64,000 bases of DNA from Patescibacteria group bacterium (GTDB lineage Bacteria; Patescibacteriota; Minisyncoccia; Phycocordibacterales; Phycocordibacteraceae), in contig JAZKIU010000001.1 in the NCBI GenBank assembly GCA_040384705.1, positions 542,053 through 606,052 on the forward strand, given 5' to 3'. The notes under the pieces were generated by a model that was not told where the DNA came from, did not search any database, and saw only the letters and a program-made list of their open reading frames with translations. Position numbers and translations under genes: made by a program. This document shows, in pieces, positions 53,158 to 61,514 of the stretch (position 1 is the stretch's first letter; every line of letters begins with the position of its first letter).

Positions 53158-54060
53158 CTACGACGTCCTATCCAAGAGCTTCTGCACCGCTGCGGTCACT
53201 ATCGGCAGCATATCGTCATAGAAATTGAGGTCGAGGATGTCCTGGAGGCGGAACCACTTCGTATCATCGAGCCCGCCCTTCCCGGCCTCGAGCTTGAGCG
53301 GGACGTATTCGGAGCGCGCGAGGAAATAGATGACATGCTTCCGGAACTTCCCCTTCTCCGGGTGCGAGGCGACGTACTCGTTCTCTCCCACCTGCTCCTC
53401 GATGACGATATCGACGCCCATCTCCTCCTTTATCTCCCGGATGGTGCCTTCCTCCGCGTTCTCCCCTTCCTCGAGCTTCCCCTTCGAGAGCGTCCAATGG
53501 CCGAACACGTCGTGCACGAGCGCGAGATAGTACTGGCCCTCGTGCTTGGCATACACGACCGCGCCGCCGAGCCGCTCGACACGCATGTCCTCGTACCGCA
53601 TCTTCGACTTATCCTTCTTACCGGTCTCTTCCTTGCCGGGTTCGCCCAGCTCCTTATACACGGCACCGAGCACGCCGTTCACGAAGCGTCCCGAGGAGTC
53701 CCCACCGAACACTTTCGCGAGCTCGATAGCCTCGTTGATAGCGACCTTGGCCGGGACCTGCGCGCGGTCCGCGAACAGAAGCTCGAACAGGCCTATGCGC
53801 AGGATATTGCGGTCGACTGGCGCAATGCGGTCGAGCGGCCAATCAGGCGCTGCCTTCGTTATGACGAGGTCGAGATCCTCTTTCTTCGCGAGCACTCCCT
53901 TCAAAAGGGTTTCCATGAATGGCTTATCGGTATCATCCCCGCCGAATTCCTCGACGTTCCGCAGGAGCATTACATCCGCTTCGGAAACATCGGCACCCGT
54001 AGTGTCCCACTCGAAGAGCGTTTGTAGGACGACGGAACGTGCGAGATGTCGGTTAGCCAT
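53158..54060 (-). CDS. nusB: NusB fused to a C-terminal Nudix hydrolase
   Basis: RHLARSVVLQTLFE, VAINEAIELAK and FVNGVLG motifs; Nudix box GKLEEGENAEEGTIREIKEEMGV. Confidence 0.93.
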   Translation of the reverse strand: MANRHLARSVVLQTLFEWDTTGADVSEADVMLLRNVEEFGGDDTDKPFMETLLKGVLAKKEDLDLVITKAAPDWPLDRIAPVDRNILRIGLFELLFADRAQVPAKVAINEAIELAKVFGGDSSGRFVNGVLGAVYKELGEPGKEETGKKDKSKMRYEDMRVERLGGAVVYAKHEGQYYLALVHDVFGHWTLSKGKLEEGENAEEGTIREIKEEMGVDIVIEEQVGENEYVASHPEKGKFRKHVIYFLARSEYVPLKLEAGKGGLDDTKWFRLQDILDLNFYDDMLPIVTAAVQKLLDRTS

Positions 54061-54186
54061 ATGGAAAGAACGTATCCATACAATACACCCGACATGATGA
54101 AAGATACTAGTAGCGGGTGGTGTGAATAAAAGATAAAAGAAAAAGCCGAGGACGAACCTCGGCTTTTTCTTTCTCTATCGAGTGGC

Positions 54187-54555
54187 TTATGCGCCGCCGC
54201 CGAAACCGGAGCGCGACTTCGCCTTGCCCTTGGTCATGCGACCGATGAGGCCCTGCTTCTTCTCCTTGGAATCCTCGACGGTGTGCTTCTCCTCGTGGAC
54301 CGGCTGCTTTGCGCCGAGCTCGAGGTCGGCGTTGTCCTTCTGGTTGCGATCCTTGCGCTTCTTGTCCTCCTTGAGTGCTTTCTTGCGCTCGGGCACGATG
54401 AGCTTGCCGCGGTACATTCCCGTAGCTTCATCGATGCGGTGCGGGAGGCGGAGGTTGCCGCTCTCCTTATCTTTCACGACCTTAGTAGCCGTCAGAGCGT
54501 GGTGGCTCCGGCGGTTCTTGGTATGCGAACTGGTGTGGCGCATTCGTACTGACAT
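54187..54555 (-). CDS. rpmF: 50S ribosomal protein L32 (Cys-free, C-terminally extended)
   Basis: RRSHHAL, LPHR and GMYRGK motifs; lies upstream of nusB-rnc. Confidence 0.85.
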   Translation of the reverse strand: MSVRMRHTSSHTKNRRSHHALTATKVVKDKESGNLRLPHRIDEATGMYRGKLIVPERKKALKEDKKRKDRNQKDNADLELGAKQPVHEEKHTVEDSKEKKQGLIGRMTKGKAKSRSGFGGGA

Positions 54556-54991
54556 AGGCCCTACCCTACCACACGGCCTTTTTCCTGGCTAGCGTTGCGC
54601 ACCCTTGGCACTTGCGGAAACGTGTAGGTGTGGGAATGTGAGATTAGCTACCGTCTGGAGAGAATCACTTGACCACGGCAGCCGTTCGCTGGCCCACGTT
54701 GGGTTCACAGAAGCCACTATCGAAGCCATGAGAGCTGAGATGAAGACTGAAGCGAATATTGACACTGTTGTTCTCGTCATCGAAAAAGGGGATGAGCTTC
54801 TGAACTTTTCCGTTGAGGTGGACGATCATCTTCCTCCTCCGGACGACTAGCACCTTTGGGGCTAGTCAACCCCCAGGATGCTGGGCTATATGAGCATCCA
54901 CTGCCAAAGTCCCTCGCCGATGCAGCGCTTGCGCCCGCTCAGTGAACCGGACAAAGGGTCGCGCGAATACTTTCGTGCGGCCCTTTCGGAT

Positions 54992-55573
54992 TTAGATATT
55001 TCGTAGGAATGAGCGACGATGCTCGATACAGGGACCGTGAGCCCGAATGAGTGCGATGTGCGTTTTCGTACCGTACCCCTTGTGCTGTTCGAATCCATAG
55101 AGCGGATACGTTTCTGCAAGCTTCACCATCATGCGATCACGCGTCACCTTCGCAGCGATAGAGGCGAGCATGATGGAAGGCACAATGCCGTCGCCTCCTA
55201 TTACCGTCTCCTGCTCGTATTCGGCCGGCGCCTTGAGCGAACCATCGAGCCACACCTTCCCTTCTTCGGGCGTGGGGAGGAGTTTCGTAACCCCCGTCAT
55301 TACCGCATGCCGTATCGCGGGCGCGATGCCTCCCTTATCTATGTTCGCTGCTGACACGAGCTGCACGCTCGCACGCACGTTTCCTGCCTTTATTTGTTCT
55401 TGAAGTATCTGAAATAATGCTTCGCGCTTTTTCTCCGAGAGTTTCTTGGAATCGTTAAGTCCTGGGAATACTGCAAGGATGTCGTACCCTTCAGCGACCG
55501 CGATGATGCCGACCGATACCGGTCCTGCGAGCGGCCCGCGACCCGCTTCATCCACCCCTACGACCCATTTCAT
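54992..55573 (-). CDS. rnhB: Ribonuclease HII
   Basis: GVDEAGRGPLAGPV, DSKKL, ASIAAKVTRD and HKGYGT motifs. Confidence 0.96.
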   Translation of the reverse strand: MKWVVGVDEAGRGPLAGPVSVGIIAVAEGYDILAVFPGLNDSKKLSEKKREALFQILQEQIKAGNVRASVQLVSAANIDKGGIAPAIRHAVMTGVTKLLPTPEEGKVWLDGSLKAPAEYEQETVIGGDGIVPSIMLASIAAKVTRDRMMVKLAETYPLYGFEQHKGYGTKTHIALIRAHGPCIEHRRSFLRNI

Positions 55574-55615
55574 CGATGAATCATAGCAGTACTGAAATTT
55601 GCTATTGTGTACCCA

Positions 55616-58600
55616 ATGGCCGGCCGCTTCATCCATCTCCACACACATAGCCACTATTCCTTCCTCCAGGCTCTCCCGAAGGTGCCGGAACTCGTCAAAG
55701 CAGCCAAGGCAGCGGGCATGGACGCGCTCGGCATCACGGACGCCGGCAATATGCACGGCACCATCGAGTTCTATAAAGCTGCGGAGAAAGCGGGCATCAA
55801 TCCGATAATCGGGGTGGATGCGTATCTCGCGCCCGGGTCACGCAAGGATGTGGGAGCAACGGAGATAGGAGGTCGCACACGTCTCGTGCTCCTTGCGGAG
55901 AACAATGCGGGGTACCAGAACCTCATGGCGCTCATCACGAAGTCGTTCACCGAGGGATATAGCGAGCGGCCGCACATGGACCGCGAGATATTGCGCGAGC
56001 ACCATGATGGGCTCATCGCGCTCATCCCCTCGTTCGCGGGTACGGTGGCGCAATATCTGAAGCATGGAGATAAGGACGGGGCGGCGGCGGCACTCGCGGA
56101 ATACGTCAGCATATTCGGCGAAGGTAATGTGTTCCTCGAGATAACGCATCACCCGAAGGCCGACGGCCACATGAAGCGCATGGAAGATATCATCGCGCTA
56201 TCGAAGAGCTCAGGAGTCCCGCTCGTCGCCCAGCATGACGTCTACTACCTCAAGCCCGCCGACAGCGAAGCGACCGAGGTCATGCGCCGCATCGCGCACG
56301 GCACGAGCAGCAAGAACGAGGAGGAGGACTTCTCCTTCGTGAGCGAGGAGCAGATGCTGAAATGGTTCCCCGAGCACAAGGATGCGGTGCTGCGCTCGGG
56401 CGAGATAGCGGATAGGTGCAAAGTGGAGCTCAAGCTCGGGAGCTGGAACTTCCCCGCGGTCGATGTCGAGCCCGGCAAGACGCATGCGGAGATGCTCCGT
56501 GAGCGCACGTACGCAGGACTCTCTGGGCGCGGCATGGAGCGCTCCGAGGAAGCTGAGAAGCGCATCGAATATGAGCTTGATGTCATCATCGGCAAAGGCT
56601 TCGCTCCGTACTTCCTCGCGGTGTCGGACCTGCTCGCGTACGCACGCGCGAACGGCATCCTCACCACGACTCGAGGGTCTGCCGCAGGCTCGCTCGTCTC
56701 GTACCTCACGGGCATCACGAACGTGGACCCGCTCGAGTACAAGCTTCCCTTCGAGCGCTTCTTGAACCCGGAACGCCCGAAGGCGCCGGATATCGACATG
56801 GACTTCGCCGACGATAGGCGCGACGACATGATCGCGTATGCGAAGGCGAAGTACGGGGAGGATAGGGTGGCGCAGATAGGAACGTTCGGAACCATGATGG
56901 CGAGGGCTGCGGTGCGAGACGTGTCGCGCGCCTTGGGCCACGCATACCGCACCGGCGACCGCATAGCGAAATTGATACCGCTCGGCTCCCAAGGCTTCCC
57001 GATGACGATAACCCGCGCGCTCGAGCTCGAGCCGGAACTCAAGACCCTATATAACGAGGACGACGATACGAGAGAGATAATCGACCTCGCGAAGCGCATC
57101 GAGGGCTGCGTGCGCCATACGGGAGTGCACGCGGCGGGCGTGGTCATTTCGCCAACCCCGCTCACCGAATGGACGCCGCTCCAGGTGGACCCTAAGACCG
57201 GGAAGCTGATAACGCAGTACGACATGCATGCGGTCGAGGATGCTGGGCTCCTCAAGTTCGACTTCCTCGGCATCAAGAACCTCGCCATCCTCTCGGATGC
57301 GGTCGAGCGCGTGCGGGAGACCAAGGGCATTTACATAGACATCGAGAACGTTCCCATAAATGACAGCAAGACGTTTGCCATGCTCGCCCGCGGCGAGACG
57401 GAAGGCACGTTCCAGCTGAACGGTTCGGGAATGACCCGGTACCTCAAGGAGCTCCAGCCCACGAGCATCCACGACATCAACGCTATGGTGGCGCTCTACC
57501 GCCCAGGCCCGATGGAAACCATCCCGCAGTACATCGAGCGCAAGAAGAACCCGAAGCTCGTCCGCTATATGGACGAGCGCATGAAGGACTATCTCGATGC
57601 TTCGTACGGGCTCCTCGTGTACCAGGACGACGTGCTCCTGACCGCTATCACCCTCGGCGGGTACTCGTGGCTCGAGGCCGATACGCTCCGAAAGGCCATG
57701 GGTAAGAAGATCCCGGCGGAGATGGAAGCGCAGAAGGAGAAGCTCCTTAACGGCTTTATGGAATACGGGAAGCTTTCGAAAGAGAAAGCGGAGACTATCT
57801 GGAAGCTCATCGAGCCGTTCGCCGCCTACGGGTTCAACAAGGCGCATGCCGCCTGCTACGGGAAGGTCGCGTACCAGACCGCCTATATGAAGGCGAACTA
57901 TCCGGTCGAGTACATGGCGGCACTCCTTACCGCTGACGCAGGCGACACCGAAGCCATCGCCATCCTCGCCGCCGAGTGCGAACGCTTGAACATTCCCCTT
58001 CTCCCGCCTGATGTGAACGAGAGCGGTGCGGACTTCACGGTCGCTGGAGAGAACAAGGACACGGTCCGTTTCGGGCTTACCTCTATCAAGAACTTCGGTG
58101 AGGGCATTTCCCAAGCGCTCATTAAAGAAAGGAAAGAGAACGGCACCTTCAAGGATCTTTCTGATTTCCTTTCGCGCGTCGGTACGAAGAACCTGAATCG
58201 CAAGTCGCTCGAGTGCCTCATCAAGACCGGGGCGTTGGATCGCTTCGGTGAGCGCGGCCATCTGCTCACCCACATCGAGAAGCTGCTTACCTTCCATCGG
58301 GATGCGACTGCCGAAGCGCCCCAGGATTCCCTCTTCGGCGCGTCGTTCGGTACGCCCGTTCTCACGCTTCCGCCTCCATCAGGCGAGACGTCCCTTTCCG
58401 AGAAACTGCTTTGGGAGAAAGATTTGCTCGGTATCTATGTGTCGGGCCATCCGCTCGATGCGCATACCGCGACCATGACGAAAGCAGGGCTCACCATCGG
58501 CCAACTGCTTGAGGAGCCACAGCCAGGACGGCTCGTAATCCTTCCGGTGCTCGTACAGGAAGTCCGCACCGTGCTCACTAAGACCGGAGAGAAGATGGCG

Positions 58601-58771
58601 TTCCTGCGCTTCGAGGATAAGTCGGCATCGATAGAGGCAGTGGCGTTCCCGAAGCTGTACAAGGAACATGGGCATCTCATTGCTGCGGGTAACTGCCTCC
58701 TCATCAAGGGAACGGTATCGAACAGGAACGGGGAGACGAGCATCGCGATAGATAACCTGAAGGCGCTGTGA
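55616..58771 (+). CDS. dnaE: DNA polymerase III alpha subunit
   Basis: RGSAAGS, FERFLNPER, PDIDMDF, KFDFLG and YGFNKAH motifs. Confidence 0.98.
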   Translation: MAGRFIHLHTHSHYSFLQALPKVPELVKAAKAAGMDALGITDAGNMHGTIEFYKAAEKAGINPIIGVDAYLAPGSRKDVGATEIGGRTRLVLLAENNAGYQNLMALITKSFTEGYSERPHMDREILREHHDGLIALIPSFAGTVAQYLKHGDKDGAAAALAEYVSIFGEGNVFLEITHHPKADGHMKRMEDIIALSKSSGVPLVAQHDVYYLKPADSEATEVMRRIAHGTSSKNEEEDFSFVSEEQMLKWFPEHKDAVLRSGEIADRCKVELKLGSWNFPAVDVEPGKTHAEMLRERTYAGLSGRGMERSEEAEKRIEYELDVIIGKGFAPYFLAVSDLLAYARANGILTTTRGSAAGSLVSYLTGITNVDPLEYKLPFERFLNPERPKAPDIDMDFADDRRDDMIAYAKAKYGEDRVAQIGTFGTMMARAAVRDVSRALGHAYRTGDRIAKLIPLGSQGFPMTITRALELEPELKTLYNEDDDTREIIDLAKRIEGCVRHTGVHAAGVVISPTPLTEWTPLQVDPKTGKLITQYDMHAVEDAGLLKFDFLGIKNLAILSDAVERVRETKGIYIDIENVPINDSKTFAMLARGETEGTFQLNGSGMTRYLKELQPTSIHDINAMVALYRPGPMETIPQYIERKKNPKLVRYMDERMKDYLDASYGLLVYQDDVLLTAITLGGYSWLEADTLRKAMGKKIPAEMEAQKEKLLNGFMEYGKLSKEKAETIWKLIEPFAAYGFNKAHAACYGKVAYQTAYMKANYPVEYMAALLTADAGDTEAIAILAAECERLNIPLLPPDVNESGADFTVAGENKDTVRFGLTSIKNFGEGISQALIKERKENGTFKDLSDFLSRVGTKNLNRKSLECLIKTGALDRFGERGHLLTHIEKLLTFHRDATAEAPQDSLFGASFGTPVLTLPPPSGETSLSEKLLWEKDLLGIYVSGHPLDAHTATMTKAGLTIGQLLEEPQPGRLVILPVLVQEVRTVLTKTGEKMAFLRFEDKSASIEAVAFPKLYKEHGHLIAAGNCLLIKGTVSNRNGETSIAIDNLKAL

Positions 58772-58824
58772 TATATAGAGATGGGAATTTGTATTGGCTG
58801 TAACCAAGGGCGAGGAGTACATCA

Positions 58825-59037
58825 ATGAGTCTCAAGCCTCACAGACCGGCAAGCAGGATCGGGTCGATGGGCAACCCATCGACCTCCGGGCGCGCCTCCC
58901 AACCGACACATTCGGGAGACGACGATTCGGAGTTCCAGCTCGGCTACCCGCTTCACGGCGGCAGCTACGGCGCGAAGGACGACCTGGACGCCGCTCCCAT
59001 GCATGGAAGCGGGTACGGATCTCCTGGCCAGTTCTAG
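58825..59037 (+). CDS. Small low-complexity hypothetical protein
   Basis: GAGGAG SD and downstream hairpin. Confidence 0.45.
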   Translation: MSLKPHRPASRIGSMGNPSTSGRASQPTHSGDDDSEFQLGYPLHGGSYGAKDDLDAAPMHGSGYGSPGQF

Positions 59038-59101
59038 CGTGCGTACGCGGCGACCTCCTCTGGGGGCCGCCGCAAACGTTTATATGCTATCCTCATTTTC
59101 A

Positions 59102-60847
59102 ATGGCATCCCTCGAAGAAAAGCGCCACACGCTGGCCCACTTGCTCGCAGCAAGCGTCCTTGAACGGTATCCGCACGCCAAAGCAACCATTGGTCCTGCG
59201 ATAGACACCGGTTTCTATTACGACTTCGACTTCGCGGGCGGGAAGGCTCCCGGCGAAGCGGAGCTTGCCGAGCTCCAGTCCTCGATGGAGGAACTCCTTC
59301 CCTCCTGGACCGACATGTCGGGAACGGAGGTCTCGGAAGCCGATGCGCGCGACCGCTTCAAGGGCAATCAATACAAGCTCGAGATACTCGATGGCATTAC
59401 CGCTAGCGGCGACACCATCACGCTCTATACCGCAGGCAACTTCACCGACCTGTGCCGCGGCGGGCACTGCGACCATCCGGCGCACGAGATAAAAGCAGGC
59501 ACGTTCGAACTTGAACGTATTGCGGGCGCATACTGGCGCGGGGACGAGAAGAACCCGATGCTCACCCGCATCTATGGTCTCGCGTTTGATACGAAAGAAG
59601 AGCTCGAAGCATATAAGGAGCAGCGCGAGGAGGCGAAGAAGCGCGATCATAAGAAGCTTGGGAAGGAGCTCGACCTCTTCGTGTTCTCGGAACTCGTGGG
59701 TCCAGGACTTCCCCTTTGGACGCCGAAGGGTACGCTCGTACGCAACCTGCTCGATGATTTCGTATGGAGCCTCCGTGCGAGCGAGGGATACGAGAAAGTC
59801 GAAATCCCCCACATCACGAAGAAGGATTTGTATGAAGTATCCGGGCACTGGGACAAGTTCAAGGACGAGCTCTTCCGCATAACCACGCGCGAGGACCACG
59901 AGTTCGCGATGAAGCCGATGAATTGCCCGCACCACACGCAGATATACGCGCGTAAGCAGTGGAGCTACCGCGAGCTGCCCCAGCGCTATTCCAATACGAC
60001 CGCCTGCTACCGGGACGAGCAGTCCGGCGAGCTCTCCGGGCTCTCCCGCGTCCGTGCTTTCTCCCAGGACGATGCGCACGTATTCTGCCGCACGCAGGAC
60101 GTCAAAGCGGAGTTCCTCAAGGTCTGGGACATCATCCATGCCTTCTACCCTGCCTTCGGGTTCGAGCTCAAGGTACGGCTCTCGACCCACGATCCCGAGC
60201 ACCCTGAGAACTATCTGGGCGACGCTACGGTATGGGAGAAGTCCGAAGCGATGCTGAGGGAAATAGTTGAGGAGAAGGGCGTCGAGGCGGAAGCGGGCGT
60301 GGGCGAGGCCGCTTTCTACGGACCGAAGCTCGATTTCATGGCGCATGACTCCATCGGGCGCCGGTGGCAGGTCGCGACCATCCAGCTCGACATGAACCAG
60401 CCGGAGCGCTTCGACCTGTTCTGCATAAACGAGCAGGGCGAGAAGGAACGGATCGTGATGATACACGCCGCTATCATGGGCTCCATCGAGCGCTTCCTTT
60501 CGGTGCTCATCGAACACACTGCCGGCAACTTCCCCGTCTGGCTCTCCCCCGTCCAGGCACGCGTCCTCCCTATCTCAGGCGACAAGCATGGCGCGTACGC
60601 CGCTGAAGTAGTGAAAGCCCTTAAGGAGGCGGGCATCCGCGCCGATGTCGATGATGCGAACGAATCCCTCGGCAAGAAGATACGCAACGCGAAGGGCGAG
60701 AAGATCCCCTACATGCTCGTCGTGGGCGATGCAGAAATGGAGGCAGGTACCCTATCGGTAGAAAGCCGTGACGAAGGAAAGCTCGATGCGATGAAGACGG
60801 AGGATTTCACAAAGCGGGCGCAAGAAGAGATTCGTGCTCGCGCATAG
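59102..60847 (+). CDS. thrS: Threonine--tRNA ligase
   Basis: DLCRGGH, KPMNCPHH, AFYGPKLD and GSIERF motifs. Confidence 0.97.
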   Translation: MASLEEKRHTLAHLLAASVLERYPHAKATIGPAIDTGFYYDFDFAGGKAPGEAELAELQSSMEELLPSWTDMSGTEVSEADARDRFKGNQYKLEILDGITASGDTITLYTAGNFTDLCRGGHCDHPAHEIKAGTFELERIAGAYWRGDEKNPMLTRIYGLAFDTKEELEAYKEQREEAKKRDHKKLGKELDLFVFSELVGPGLPLWTPKGTLVRNLLDDFVWSLRASEGYEKVEIPHITKKDLYEVSGHWDKFKDELFRITTREDHEFAMKPMNCPHHTQIYARKQWSYRELPQRYSNTTACYRDEQSGELSGLSRVRAFSQDDAHVFCRTQDVKAEFLKVWDIIHAFYPAFGFELKVRLSTHDPEHPENYLGDATVWEKSEAMLREIVEEKGVEAEAGVGEAAFYGPKLDFMAHDSIGRRWQVATIQLDMNQPERFDLFCINEQGEKERIVMIHAAIMGSIERFLSVLIEHTAGNFPVWLSPVQARVLPISGDKHGAYAAEVVKALKEAGIRADVDDANESLGKKIRNAKGEKIPYMLVVGDAEMEAGTLSVESRDEGKLDAMKTEDFTKRAQEEIRARA

Positions 60848-60910
60848 TATCTATAGAAATCGAAAGGGCCGGCCCGCTGCGTGCGGGTCGGCCCTTTTGG
60901 GACTTTTCGA

Positions 60911-61099
60911 TCAGGGCTGGAAAGACAGGTCTCCTTGTTTTGCCGCTTCCCGTTCGGCTTCCCAGACAGGGCGCTGCTGCGCGATGTCATACTCGAACCA
61001 AGCTCCGTACAGCGGCAGTCCCGCAACCCAAACCAAGGCGGCGATGATCCACAGGATATGGATGTAGCGCTCGGGAACTTCTTGTGCGTAGTTTTTCAC
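60911..61099 (-). CDS. Single-TM microprotein (62 aa)
   Basis: GTG start after GGGGAGG; third gene of a compact operon. Confidence 0.6.
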   Translation of the reverse strand: MKNYAQEVPERYIHILWIIAALVWVAGLPLYGAWFEYDIAQQRPVWEAEREAAKQGDLSFQP

Positions 61100-61110
61100 G
61101 ATACCCTCCC

Positions 61111-61287
61111 CTAGCGCTTGGCGGGATAGGAAGTGAATTCGACGAGCTGCTCGTTGAAGTCGCTCGCCTTGCTCAGGCACATTTCCTTGATCGGTGGCAG
61201 CACAAAGGCCACAAAACCGGCCGCTCCGACCGCAAGGATGATGTAGAGGAACGCCTTAGGAACGTCCCCGTGGTCAGTCGATTGCAT
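61111..61287 (-). CDS. Single-TM microprotein (58 aa)
   Basis: MQSTDHGDVPKAFLYIILAVGAAGFVAFVLPP... with GGAGGAG SD. Confidence 0.6.
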   Translation of the reverse strand: MQSTDHGDVPKAFLYIILAVGAAGFVAFVLPPIKEMCLSKASDFNEQLVEFTSYPAKR

Positions 61288-61307
61288 TGTCTCCTCCCAG
61301 AGAATTA

Positions 61308-61418
61308 TCAGAATGTGCAGGCCAGGGCGACTCCAAGGAGTATCGACCCGACCAGAACGATGTAGTGGATGATGGTAGCGAGCGTATCCGTTGAGGGACC
61401 GCGGATGATGTTAGCCAT
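61308..61418 (-). CDS. Single-TM microprotein (36 aa)
   Basis: MANIIRGPSTDTLATIIHYIVLVGSILLGVALACTF with AGGGGG SD and TATGCT -10 upstream. Confidence 0.55.
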   Translation of the reverse strand: MANIIRGPSTDTLATIIHYIVLVGSILLGVALACTF

Positions 61419-61514
61419 GTGACTACCCCCTGCTATCCGTCACGAGCATACTCCCCTTAGGGAAAAAGAAAAGCCGCTTCCTCTCGGAAGCGGCTTTTCT
61501 TCGGAACGTCTTGC

